A stretch of DNA of 64,000 nucleotides, from the NCBI GenBank assembly GCA_964479005.1, contig CAYZJA010000001.1:250225-314224 (forward strand). The letters are read 5' to 3'. This DNA comes from an uncultured Candidatus Saccharibacteria bacterium. GTDB taxonomy: Bacteria > Patescibacteriota > Minisyncoccia > UBA6257. Every line of letters starts with the position of its first letter. Position 1 is the first letter of the stretch. This document shows, piece by piece, positions 56,021 through 64,000 of this stretch. The notes beneath the pieces are model-generated. The model searched no databases. It was not told where the DNA came from and saw only the letters and a program-made list of their open reading frames with translations. A program made the translations under genes and the position numbers.

Positions 56021-56074
56021 TTAGCAAATAACAAAACACGTAAAAGCTTAAAGGTTCGGGAATGTTTGCGAACC

Positions 56075-57082
56075 TTATCTGTAGGTAGTAATACTTTTTT
56101 TGTAAAGATCTAAATTATCCAAAATAACTCCTGTACCTTTAGCCACAGAATAAAGAGGCTCATCAGCAGTATAACTTGGTACCCCTGTTATTTTTGTAAT
56201 TAATTCATTAATATTATTTAATAATGCCCCTCCGCCAGCTACAATCATTCCCCTTTCCATAATATCAGCAGCTAATTCTGGCGGGGTTTCTGATAAAACA
56301 GACCTTATGGTTTGAACTATTTCTTTCAAGGGACTATCTATTGCCTCGGCAATTTCATTGGAATTAATTATAATATTCTTTGGTAATCCTTCTGTCAAAT
56401 CCAATCCTCTAATTTCCAGCTCGTTTTTATTTTTTGTGGATAAAGCTGATCCAATTTTAATTTTTATTTCCTCTGCTGTTCTTTCTCCAATTGCTAAATT
56501 ATATTTTTTCTTTATATAATCAGCAATAGCTTCATCCATTTTATTCCCAGCCACTCTTACCGATGACCAAGCTACTATACCGCCCAAAGAAATCACTGCA
56601 ACTTCTGTAGTGCCTCCTCCAATATTTACCAACATATTACCTCCTGCAGAATTTATCGGAACCCCTGTTCCTAAAGCCGCTAAAATAGGTTCTCTGGCAA
56701 CATACGCTTCTTTGGCGCCAGCTTGCCTTGCCGCTCCAATAACAGCTCGCCTTTCTGTGGATGTAATACCTACTGGAACAGAAATAATAAGATCTGGCTT
56801 AAATAATTTCCAAGGCCCTATAACTTTATCCATAAAATATTTTAACATCGCCGCTGTAACCTGATAATCAGCAATTACCCCGTCTTTTAATGGCTTGTAT
56901 ATTTTAATAACACCTGGCGTTCTTCCCAGCATTTCACGGGCTTCTGCGCCTATAGCTAATATCTTATTATCATCAACAGCAATAGCCACCACTGATGGCT
57001 CATCTATCACTATTCCTTTTTGTGGAATAAATACTAAAGTATTTGCTGTTCCTAAATCTATTCCTATTTTACGAATAACCAT
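56075..57082 (-). CDS. mreB: MreB/Mbl-family actin homolog (second paralog)
   Basis: IGIDLGTANTLVFIPQKGIVIDEPSVVA, NIGGGTTEVAVISLGG. Confidence 0.85.
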   Translation of the reverse strand: MVIRKIGIDLGTANTLVFIPQKGIVIDEPSVVAIAVDDNKILAIGAEAREMLGRTPGVIKIYKPLKDGVIADYQVTAAMLKYFMDKVIGPWKLFKPDLIISVPVGITSTERRAVIGAARQAGAKEAYVAREPILAALGTGVPINSAGGNMLVNIGGGTTEVAVISLGGIVAWSSVRVAGNKMDEAIADYIKKKYNLAIGERTAEEIKIKIGSALSTKNKNELEIRGLDLTEGLPKNIIINSNEIAEAIDSPLKEIVQTIRSVLSETPPELAADIMERGMIVAGGGALLNNINELITKITGVPSYTADEPLYSVAKGTGVILDNLDLYKKSITTYR

Positions 57083-57091
57083 ATTATTAAA

Positions 57092-58366
57092 TTATTGTTC
57101 TATTCTTTTTATTGCTGCCCCTAATCTTTTTAATCTTTCATCAATCCTTTCATACCCCCTGTCAATTTGGTAAGCATCTTTAATTACTGTTTTTCCTTTG
57201 GCTAAAAGCGCGGCTATAACTAAACTGATGCCTGACCTAATATCCAAAGAATTAATATCCTGCGCATATAATGGAGTTGGTCCGGTAATCAATGCTCTGT
57301 GTGGATCTGCTATAATAGCATTTGCGCCCATTTTAATCAACTCGTCAATATATTTTAACCTACCATCAAACATTGTATCAAATATTAAACTTGTGCCATT
57401 GAGCTGAGTTGCCAAAACTCCAAAAGGAGACTGCAAATCTGTAGGAATACCAGGATATGGCTGTGTTTGAATCCTTATCCCATTCAAATTATATGAGGGA
57501 AGCATTAATATATCAAAATATAATCCCCTGCTAAAGCGTATATTTATTCTCACTCCAATCTCCTCTAATTTCTTAATTACTAAATCCAAGTGATCTAAGC
57601 GAACATTTTTAATTAAAATCTTACTTCGTAGAGCAGCTGCTAAAATCATAAATGTTCCAGCTTCAATAGGATCTGGAATGATTTTATGAGAGACACCGGA
57701 AAGTTTCTTTTTTCCTGTTATTTTATAAACATGTGGTGAAATAACTTTAATCTTAGCGCCCATTTTTTTCAAAAAAACAACTAAATCTTCTACGTGAGGC
57801 TCTAAAGCCCCAACTTTTAATATAGTTTTTCCAGGTGTTAAAGATGCTAACATCAATATATTTTCGGTGGCAGTAACGCTAAATTCTTTTAAAATAACTT
57901 CGGCATTATGAATATTCGCGCCATTGTAATAATAAAATGTTGAAGTTTTTCTTACTTTTACTCCTAACTGTGAAAGAGCGTCCAAATGAGCGTCAATAGA
58001 ACGGACTCCAATCAAACAACCTCCTGGTTGGGCTAATTTAAATTTTTTAAAACGATGCAATAAAGAAGGAATTAAAAGAACAGAAGCCCTTAGTTTTTTT
58101 ACTGAAGATTGGTCAATTTTCTTTAAATTTAAATTTTTCGGATTTATCCTCACCTTCCTTTTTGCTAACCATTCTACTTTACACCCTAAACTTTGAATAA
58201 TTTCCAAAAACCTTTTCACGTCTTCTATCAAAGGAATATTATTAATAACAGAGGATTCTTTAGTTAAAAGAGCAGCTGCTAAAATAGGCAATGCTGCATT
58301 TTTTGAACCCCTAACTTCTATCTCACCTTTTAATGATTTGCCTCCTTGTATAACAAAACACTCCAT
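57092..58366 (-). CDS. murA: UDP-N-acetylglucosamine 1-carboxyvinyltransferase
   Basis: EVRGSKNAALPILAAALL N-terminus, EPT fold throughout. Confidence 0.9.
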   Translation of the reverse strand: MECFVIQGGKSLKGEIEVRGSKNAALPILAAALLTKESSVINNIPLIEDVKRFLEIIQSLGCKVEWLAKRKVRINPKNLNLKKIDQSSVKKLRASVLLIPSLLHRFKKFKLAQPGGCLIGVRSIDAHLDALSQLGVKVRKTSTFYYYNGANIHNAEVILKEFSVTATENILMLASLTPGKTILKVGALEPHVEDLVVFLKKMGAKIKVISPHVYKITGKKKLSGVSHKIIPDPIEAGTFMILAAALRSKILIKNVRLDHLDLVIKKLEEIGVRINIRFSRGLYFDILMLPSYNLNGIRIQTQPYPGIPTDLQSPFGVLATQLNGTSLIFDTMFDGRLKYIDELIKMGANAIIADPHRALITGPTPLYAQDINSLDIRSGISLVIAALLAKGKTVIKDAYQIDRGYERIDERLKRLGAAIKRIEQ

Positions 58367-58375
58367 AAGATTAAG

Positions 58376-59944
58376 TTATTTTCTTATTGTTTTTCCATAT
58401 CTCTCTTCTGTCAATATTCCTTTATGATAAGCTAATCCTCCATTAATGATCACTGTCTCTATGCCATCAGGATACTGAAAAGGATTTTTTAATGTGGATT
58501 TATCATTAATCTTTTCAGGATTGAAAACAACAACATCAGCCCAAAAATCTTTTTTTAATAACCCTCTATTATTCAATCCTACTTTTTTTGCTACCTTTCC
58601 AGTAATTTTATGAATTCCTTCTTCCCAAGATAAAAGCTCTTTTTCTCTCACATAGTACCCAAGAAACTTAGGAAAAGTACCAAAAGTCCGTGGATGAACC
58701 CAAATTCCCCTTTTTCCACTCTCTATATCACTAAAACCGCTACTAGAAGAAACTAAAGAATATGAAGATTTTAATCCATGTTCAATATTCTTTTCTAAAA
58801 GATTTTTTGTAAAAATAACTATTCTATCCTCGCATATCTCAATAACTTTTAACAAAGATTCTTCCAAGGCCGTATTGAACCCATTAGCGATTTCTTCCAA
58901 TGTCTTGCCAGAAAACCACCAACGCTTACCACTATCAGCTATAAGAATATCTTTATAAAGATATTTTTTTCTTTTAATATCCTGAATAATTTTTTTTCTC
59001 ATAACTTCGTCATTAATGTTTTTCAAAAGAACCTCTCTGCCCCCTATTGCTGCCCATTCTGGAAGAATTAAATAAAGTATTTTAGTATTACTATCATAAG
59101 GGAATAAATCAAAATTAATTAACTCAGTTCCTTTATTTGCTTTTTTTATTATTTTCAAAGCCTCTGCAAAATGCTCAAAATTAGGCTTGCCTTCAGCAAA
59201 GAAGTGGGATATCTCTACTGGCAATTGCCCTTTTTCTGCAACCTCAACTATTTCTTGAACGCTAATTAAAAAATCTTCGGCTTGATTGCGAAGATGAAAA
59301 GCTAAATATCCATTTTTGTCTTTTACTGCTTTTGCTACTTCTAAAATCTCGCTAATGCCAACCATCTGTTCTGATGCATACCCCAAACCAAAAGACACAC
59401 CCAAAGCGCCTTGTTCAATACCCTGACTAACTACTAATTTTAGTTGTTCTAATTCTTCTTTAGTTAAATTTCTAAATTCCCCCTGAGTAAATTCTGAACG
59501 TAAAGTCCCCCATCCTATTAAAGTGGCAAAATTAACTGCCAACTTTTTTTCATCTAAAAAACTTAGAAAATCTTTGATTTCTCTCCAGTTTATATTTATA
59601 CGATTTGGATCAGCCCATCTTCGTATAGAAGCCAAAGAACCAGAAATTAAAGGCGCTAACGATGCTCCGCTGTTTCCACATATAATTGTACATATGCCCT
59701 GACGAATTAAATTGTCTGCGCTAGGCAAAGTAAAAATATCTAAATAATGATCCGCCTCATTATCAATATCTATAAAACCTGGGCAGACGAATCTATCTTC
59801 TGCATTAATTTCAGTTTTTGCTATTTCATTTTTTAAATCGCCAAATTCTACAATCTTTCCATTTTTAATTCCAATATCAACGCTTTTGGCAGTCGCCCCA
59901 CTCCCGTCAAACACTTTTCCATTTTTAATTAAAATATCAAACAT
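58376..59944 (-). CDS. amidohydrolase-superfamily protein (D-aminoacylase-like) with non-canonical metal site
   Basis: N-terminal beta-sandwich (ILIKNGKVFDGSG...) and PGFIDID where HxH is normally found (PGFIDxHxH); TIM-barrel body. Confidence 0.65.
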   Translation of the reverse strand: MFDILIKNGKVFDGSGATAKSVDIGIKNGKIVEFGDLKNEIAKTEINAEDRFVCPGFIDIDNEADHYLDIFTLPSADNLIRQGICTIICGNSGASLAPLISGSLASIRRWADPNRININWREIKDFLSFLDEKKLAVNFATLIGWGTLRSEFTQGEFRNLTKEELEQLKLVVSQGIEQGALGVSFGLGYASEQMVGISEILEVAKAVKDKNGYLAFHLRNQAEDFLISVQEIVEVAEKGQLPVEISHFFAEGKPNFEHFAEALKIIKKANKGTELINFDLFPYDSNTKILYLILPEWAAIGGREVLLKNINDEVMRKKIIQDIKRKKYLYKDILIADSGKRWWFSGKTLEEIANGFNTALEESLLKVIEICEDRIVIFTKNLLEKNIEHGLKSSYSLVSSSSGFSDIESGKRGIWVHPRTFGTFPKFLGYYVREKELLSWEEGIHKITGKVAKKVGLNNRGLLKKDFWADVVVFNPEKINDKSTLKNPFQYPDGIETVIINGGLAYHKGILTEERYGKTIRK

Positions 59945-59987
59945 AAATATATTTTACAATAAAGTAACCTTAAAGTCCATTTAGTGC

Positions 59988-60815
59988 TTAATCTTGATTT
60001 TTTACTAATTCCAAAAGATTTTTAAATAAAAAGGCCACGCATAAAGGCCCTATTCCACCAGGAACAGGAGTAATAAATCCTGCTTTGTCTTTTACTGAAT
60101 TAAAATCACAATCGCCTTTTAATTTACCATTTTCAGAAACAACTGCAGCATCAAAAATAACCGCTCCCTTTTTTATCAAATCGCCAGTTATTAACCCCGG
60201 TTTTCCAGCGCTGGAAACAATAATATCTGCTTTACTTATAAATTCTTCTAAATCTTTTGTTTTGCTATTAGCCATTATTACTGTTGCCCTTTGGCTGATA
60301 AACCATAAATTGACTGGCTTTCCAACCAAACGCCCTCGCCCAATAATCAAAACGTTTTTGCCTTCTATTTCAATTTGATATTTTTCCAATAGAAATTTAA
60401 TACTAGCAAGTACTGGCGGCAATATTTCTAATCTTCCAGTATAAAAAGTTCCTAAATTTCTTTCACATAAAACATCTGGGTCTTTTTGGGACAAAACCGC
60501 ATTTAAAACAACTTGCGTGTTGATTGAAGATGGTAAAGGTAACTGTATTACTACTCCCCGGTTAAAAGTAACACGACAAATTTCCCCAACTTTTTTTCTT
60601 AAATCTTTTGTTTTAATAGAATCCTCATATTGATACATCCTCGTATCAATGCCTATTTCTTTAGCTACTCTTTCTTTTTGTTTGATAAAAGATAAAGAAG
60701 CAGGATTATCCCCTACTAAAACAACAGCTAAGCGGATTTTTTTAGGAATCTTTTTCCGCTCCTCCTTTAATTCCTCTATCATCTCTTGAGCTAATTTCTT
60801 ACCATCAATAACCAT
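59988..60815 (-). CDS. folD: bifunctional methylenetetrahydrofolate dehydrogenase/cyclohydrolase
   Basis: IDGKKLAQE..., VVLVGDNPASLSFIKQKERVAKEIGI, GRGRLVGKPV, PVPGGIGPL. Confidence 0.9.
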   Translation of the reverse strand: MVIDGKKLAQEMIEELKEERKKIPKKIRLAVVLVGDNPASLSFIKQKERVAKEIGIDTRMYQYEDSIKTKDLRKKVGEICRVTFNRGVVIQLPLPSSINTQVVLNAVLSQKDPDVLCERNLGTFYTGRLEILPPVLASIKFLLEKYQIEIEGKNVLIIGRGRLVGKPVNLWFISQRATVIMANSKTKDLEEFISKADIIVSSAGKPGLITGDLIKKGAVIFDAAVVSENGKLKGDCDFNSVKDKAGFITPVPGGIGPLCVAFLFKNLLELVKNQD

Positions 60816-60820
60816 AAAAA

Positions 60821-62275
60821 TTAAAAAATTAAAGTTTCTCCTTTCTCTACAATTTTCACCTTTTTATGTATTTTTTTAAATTCTTCTGGGAATTCAACAT
60901 GAATAGGAATTACTATTTCTGCTTGAATTTCTTTTATAAATTCAGCTAATTCTTTCCCGCTAATATGGCCTGAAATATGAGCTCTTTCAAAAACTTTTTT
61001 TATTATACCATTTTCATCTTCTTCATTTTTCAATCCTTGCATATTAAAATGCTTAATCCAATTAACAAATCTTTCTTCTGAAATCTCCATTTCCTCATTA
61101 TGAGGCTCTGTAATAGCCCTTAAATAATAGCTTTCTTTGCCTGGTTTAATATCAATTAATTCCTGGACCTGATAAAAATTTAAAACAAGCATAAACTTTT
61201 TTTTATTCTTCTTTATGTCCTCGCTATTGCAAGTTTTATAATTCTTTAACAAATCTCTTTCCCATTTCTTAAAAGTGATTTTTCTTTTAGCATAAAGCAT
61301 AACATTCTGTAAATCTGCTTTTTTTATACCCTTTTCTCTTAATACTCCTTCTTTTTCTAACACAGCAAGGTAATTAAAGTAATTATAAGGAAGAGCGATT
61401 ATACGTTTAGTTTTTTTTGCTATTTTTAATAAAGTTTTAAAACGAATAACGTCTCCTATTGAATAATCAACGACTACCAATCCTTTTATTTTCTTAATAT
61501 TTTCCAATGCCTTTTTATACACTTCTTTTTCCCTTAAGATTGATTGTTCTTTAATTCTTGTACCTTCACAGATAAACGCTTTTATTTTACATTTTTTAAG
61601 AAAAGAATAAATCTTTTTCTTCTCATTTTGTTTAATCTCTGATAAACGAAAATCACCTGAATATAAAATATTACCTTTGGAAGTTTTTATTAGAAACATA
61701 CAAGCTCCTGGCACTGAATGGTCAATTTCTATAGGAATAATTTCCAGATTTTTAATAAAAAATGATTCTTGATTAATAATAATTTTAAACTTTCTTCTTC
61801 TTTTTTTTCTTTTTCTTGGGTTTTCTACATCGCGTAAAGATAATTCTAATATCTCATTTTCCAAGCTTTTGGGACGGGAAATATAAAATGCCTTTAAAAC
61901 AGCCATTGTATCTTTACTAGTATAAACAGGAATTTGAGGATCTAAAAAAGAAATATATCCAGCATGGTCTAAATGCCCATGCGATAAAAGAACTCCATCA
62001 ACTTTTGGCTTTGAATAATAAATTTGATTTTCTCCCTCTTTCTTTAAAATTCTGATTAAATCCTCACGATAAATGCCTTGTTTCCTAGGCAATAGACCTA
62101 ATTCCAAATAATCTTTTAAACCATGAACAACGCGGGGATTTAAAAATTCCTCAAAGTATTTTGAAGATTCATGATAGCTTTTCCCAAAATCTAAAAAAAT
62201 AGCGGTATTTTTGTCTTGTAAAAGAACTTTGCTACCGCCAATTTCTCTTATCCCGCCATAAAAGGTTAACTTCAT
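60821..62275 (-). CDS. beta-CASP/MBL-fold ribonuclease (RNase J-like)
   Basis: LTFYGGIREIGGSKVLL...FLDFG, HxHxDH (LSHGHLDHAG), beta-CASP region, C-terminal His. Confidence 0.6.
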   Translation of the reverse strand: MKLTFYGGIREIGGSKVLLQDKNTAIFLDFGKSYHESSKYFEEFLNPRVVHGLKDYLELGLLPRKQGIYREDLIRILKKEGENQIYYSKPKVDGVLLSHGHLDHAGYISFLDPQIPVYTSKDTMAVLKAFYISRPKSLENEILELSLRDVENPRKRKKRRRKFKIIINQESFFIKNLEIIPIEIDHSVPGACMFLIKTSKGNILYSGDFRLSEIKQNEKKKIYSFLKKCKIKAFICEGTRIKEQSILREKEVYKKALENIKKIKGLVVVDYSIGDVIRFKTLLKIAKKTKRIIALPYNYFNYLAVLEKEGVLREKGIKKADLQNVMLYAKRKITFKKWERDLLKNYKTCNSEDIKKNKKKFMLVLNFYQVQELIDIKPGKESYYLRAITEPHNEEMEISEERFVNWIKHFNMQGLKNEEDENGIIKKVFERAHISGHISGKELAEFIKEIQAEIVIPIHVEFPEEFKKIHKKVKIVEKGETLIF

Positions 62276-63786
62276 ATCTTAATGCTTAAATTAAATGTTA
62301 CTCCTTGTGGTGTATCTATTAACGCGGAAAGAGGCAAAGAAATATCTGTAAAAAGTTGAGATTTATCCAGCACATTTTTAAAATCTACTATGAGAGCTTT
62401 CTTACTAGCCCCCCCCTGAATAGTAATATTGTTTGCCGGAGCTGCGCTTACTAAAATTCTTTTGATATTAACTGATAAAAGACCAGCTTCTTTAAAAATA
62501 ACCTCTAATTTTTCTTTCCAATCCACTTCATATTTTTGAATTTGAATAAATTTGGTAATAAGATTGTTAAATTCATTTGCCCCTTGAACCAAATTTGATT
62601 CTTTTCCTCTGATTTTTGGATCCAAAGGACTAGCTGTGGATTGATAATATTGCTCTTGGATATCTCGAAAAAAAGTATTGTTTAATAACCCAAGTAAAAA
62701 AACCATAACCAATCCAACAGTTATTATAATTTTACTCCATAAAGAAATAATACTTAAAAGATGGTTTTGTTGATATTCTCTTTCTGTACCAACTGGAGCT
62801 AAACTTACTATAGTATCCTCATTACGGGAAATAAGCCCCCTAAGGGCAGCCCCTATTACTCCAAACCAATCCCGGCTTGCCTTGGAAAGATATGAAGGTA
62901 ATTTAATCTGTTTTGAATTAAGTTGATACTGAACCTGAATCCATTTAATTAAAACATTCACCAACTGAGTATTAAAACCAAGGAAAACAAATTGTTGAAT
63001 TATCTTCTTCCTTTTAAGAGAATAGAAATTCAATAGCATTGGTATTTCAACACCCATATGTTTTTTCAATAAATCTGTAGTAATTTTAGAAGGAATATCT
63101 TTTCCAAAAATCTCATGCCAAGAATCAAAATCAAAAAAGATTAATTTCTTGCCTTCAGCAATAATAAACTCTATTCCTTCTCTCCTTAAATCTATTATTA
63201 ATGTTGGCTTTTCTTTTTCTACAAATTCATAATTAAATCGCGCCAATGATAAAGCTAATGGTTCTATTGCCACTATATTAAATCCAACTTCCTTTAAAAT
63301 TTCTAAATATGGATCAATCTGTTTTTTAATGCCCAACGCAATAAAGATCTCTTTTTCTCCTTCTTTGCCTGATACACCCCAATCTTCCCAATCAAAATAT
63401 GACTCTTCCATTGGTAAAGGCGCTATCATTTGAGTATTAAAAACAATCGCCTCATAAAAACGATCCCTATCTAACTCGGGTAAACTAAGAATATTTGTAA
63501 AAAAATTAACTGAAGGAAGAGATAAAACAATCCAAACATTTTTTTCTTTTGGCCAAAGTTTGTTTTTTAGAGAATTAAAAAATGATTTTAATTGTTCTGG
63601 TTTTTTTAAAATCCCCTCTTCTATAATGCCTTTTGGTAAAGCGTATTTTCCTGCTTTTGTAATTCTATTAATTTTTTTATCAAAACAAAAAACCCGCACC
63701 ATTCTATCTTCTATACAAATAGCGCTAATAGTAAATTCAGGAACCAACAACTTCTGCCAATCTTTTAGATTAAACTTCGTCCTCAT
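62272..63786 (-). CDS. type IV pilus assembly PilM-like (actin-fold) protein fused to a TM + PilN-like C-terminal region
   Basis: N-terminal region follows PilM pattern (…LSLPSVNFFTNILSLPELDRDRFYEAIVFNTQMIAPLPMEESYFDWEDW), central TM helix, C-terminal periplasmic part. Confidence 0.45.
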   Translation of the reverse strand: MRTKFNLKDWQKLLVPEFTISAICIEDRMVRVFCFDKKINRITKAGKYALPKGIIEEGILKKPEQLKSFFNSLKNKLWPKEKNVWIVLSLPSVNFFTNILSLPELDRDRFYEAIVFNTQMIAPLPMEESYFDWEDWGVSGKEGEKEIFIALGIKKQIDPYLEILKEVGFNIVAIEPLALSLARFNYEFVEKEKPTLIIDLRREGIEFIIAEGKKLIFFDFDSWHEIFGKDIPSKITTDLLKKHMGVEIPMLLNFYSLKRKKIIQQFVFLGFNTQLVNVLIKWIQVQYQLNSKQIKLPSYLSKASRDWFGVIGAALRGLISRNEDTIVSLAPVGTEREYQQNHLLSIISLWSKIIITVGLVMVFLLGLLNNTFFRDIQEQYYQSTASPLDPKIRGKESNLVQGANEFNNLITKFIQIQKYEVDWKEKLEVIFKEAGLLSVNIKRILVSAAPANNITIQGGASKKALIVDFKNVLDKSQLFTDISLPLSALIDTPQGVTFNLSIKI

Positions 63787-63910
63787 ATTTTTTATTATAT
63801 CATCTACTAAAATCTAAAACAATATAATAGAAAATCAAAATTCAAAAACCAAAAATCAAAATTTCAAGTTAAAAATCAAAAATAACTATTTTCCGAGCTT
63901 ATCAAAAAAC

Positions 63911-64000
63911 TTAATATATATCTTTCTGATTCCAACTTCTCAGTTCTAATCTTCCTGCGCCAATAAATGCGGGCATTGATCCACAAACAAAAGAAGGGAA
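63911..64000 (-). CDS. hypothetical protein, C-terminal fragment (gene continues beyond window end)
   Basis: Open minus-strand frame ending ...FPSFVCGSMPAFIGAGRLELRSWNQKDIY* with stop at 63911-63913. Confidence 0.3.
   Translation of the reverse strand, partial: FPSFVCGSMPAFIGAGRLELRSWNQKDIY

Noticed and set aside
63787-63900. A-rich low-complexity tract with reiterated AAAATCAAAA
   Set aside because: Simple AT-rich intergenic sequence upstream of the PilM-like gene. No defined repeat unit or structure.
1-64000. CRISPR arrays, rRNA genes, tmRNA, RNase P RNA
   Set aside because: No direct-repeat/spacer architecture and no long GC-rich non-coding stretch of adequate size was seen. The only multi-copy short repeats are the island motif (irregular spacing, promoter-proximal) and the 35-bp tandem terminator.

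Overview
This window is a very AT-rich (~30% GC) segment that looks like a CPR/Patescibacteria-type bacterial chromosome. Genes are short, there are many small membrane proteins, the tRNAs have no encoded CCA, and ProRS and gamma/tau are compact.

Most of the window is core housekeeping, nearly all on the minus strand:
- A heat-shock operon hrcA-grpE-dnaK-(membrane protein)-dnaJ, with a CIRCE operator at the hrcA start.
- cysS, dnaB, recR, rplU and tRNA-Glu.
- A dcw cluster mraZ-rsmH-ftsL-like-ftsI-murF.
- A run of small conserved proteins (DUF134, DUF5320, YbjQ, RRM, DUF2188).
- A thioredoxin-CcdA fusion with a split DUF318 permease pair, and an SPFH protein.
- dcd, tRNA-Gln, dnaX, a GtrA-like protein, a TraG/VirD4-like ATPase, an FtsQ-like protein, serS, lysS and greA.
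- mrdA-mreDCB, proS, rseP, frr, holB, a second mreB, murA, an amidohydrolase, folD, an RNase J-like nuclease and a PilM/PilN-like protein.

The accessory part is roughly 26.8-37.6 kb and looks like an integrated element. It ends in a large serine recombinase whose 3' end overlaps a tRNA-Asn gene. That tRNA appears to be split by a ~224-nt group I intron in its anticodon loop. The island carries a beta-class DNA methyltransferase, RelE/Phd-like and HicA/HicB-like toxin-antitoxin pairs, two UDG-superfamily proteins (one divergent), and several orphan membrane proteins. It also carries a ~29-bp motif repeated four times at matching positions upstream of successive transcription units, plus GC-rich dyad-symmetric elements next to the methyltransferase and the recombinase.

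Other points of interest are a cluster of DnaA boxes upstream of mraZ, a long GC-rich structured leader ahead of corA, tandem duplicated terminators between greA and lysS, and a heptamer microsatellite upstream of mreB. All calls rest on reading the sequence and on recalled family motifs. No database searches were run.
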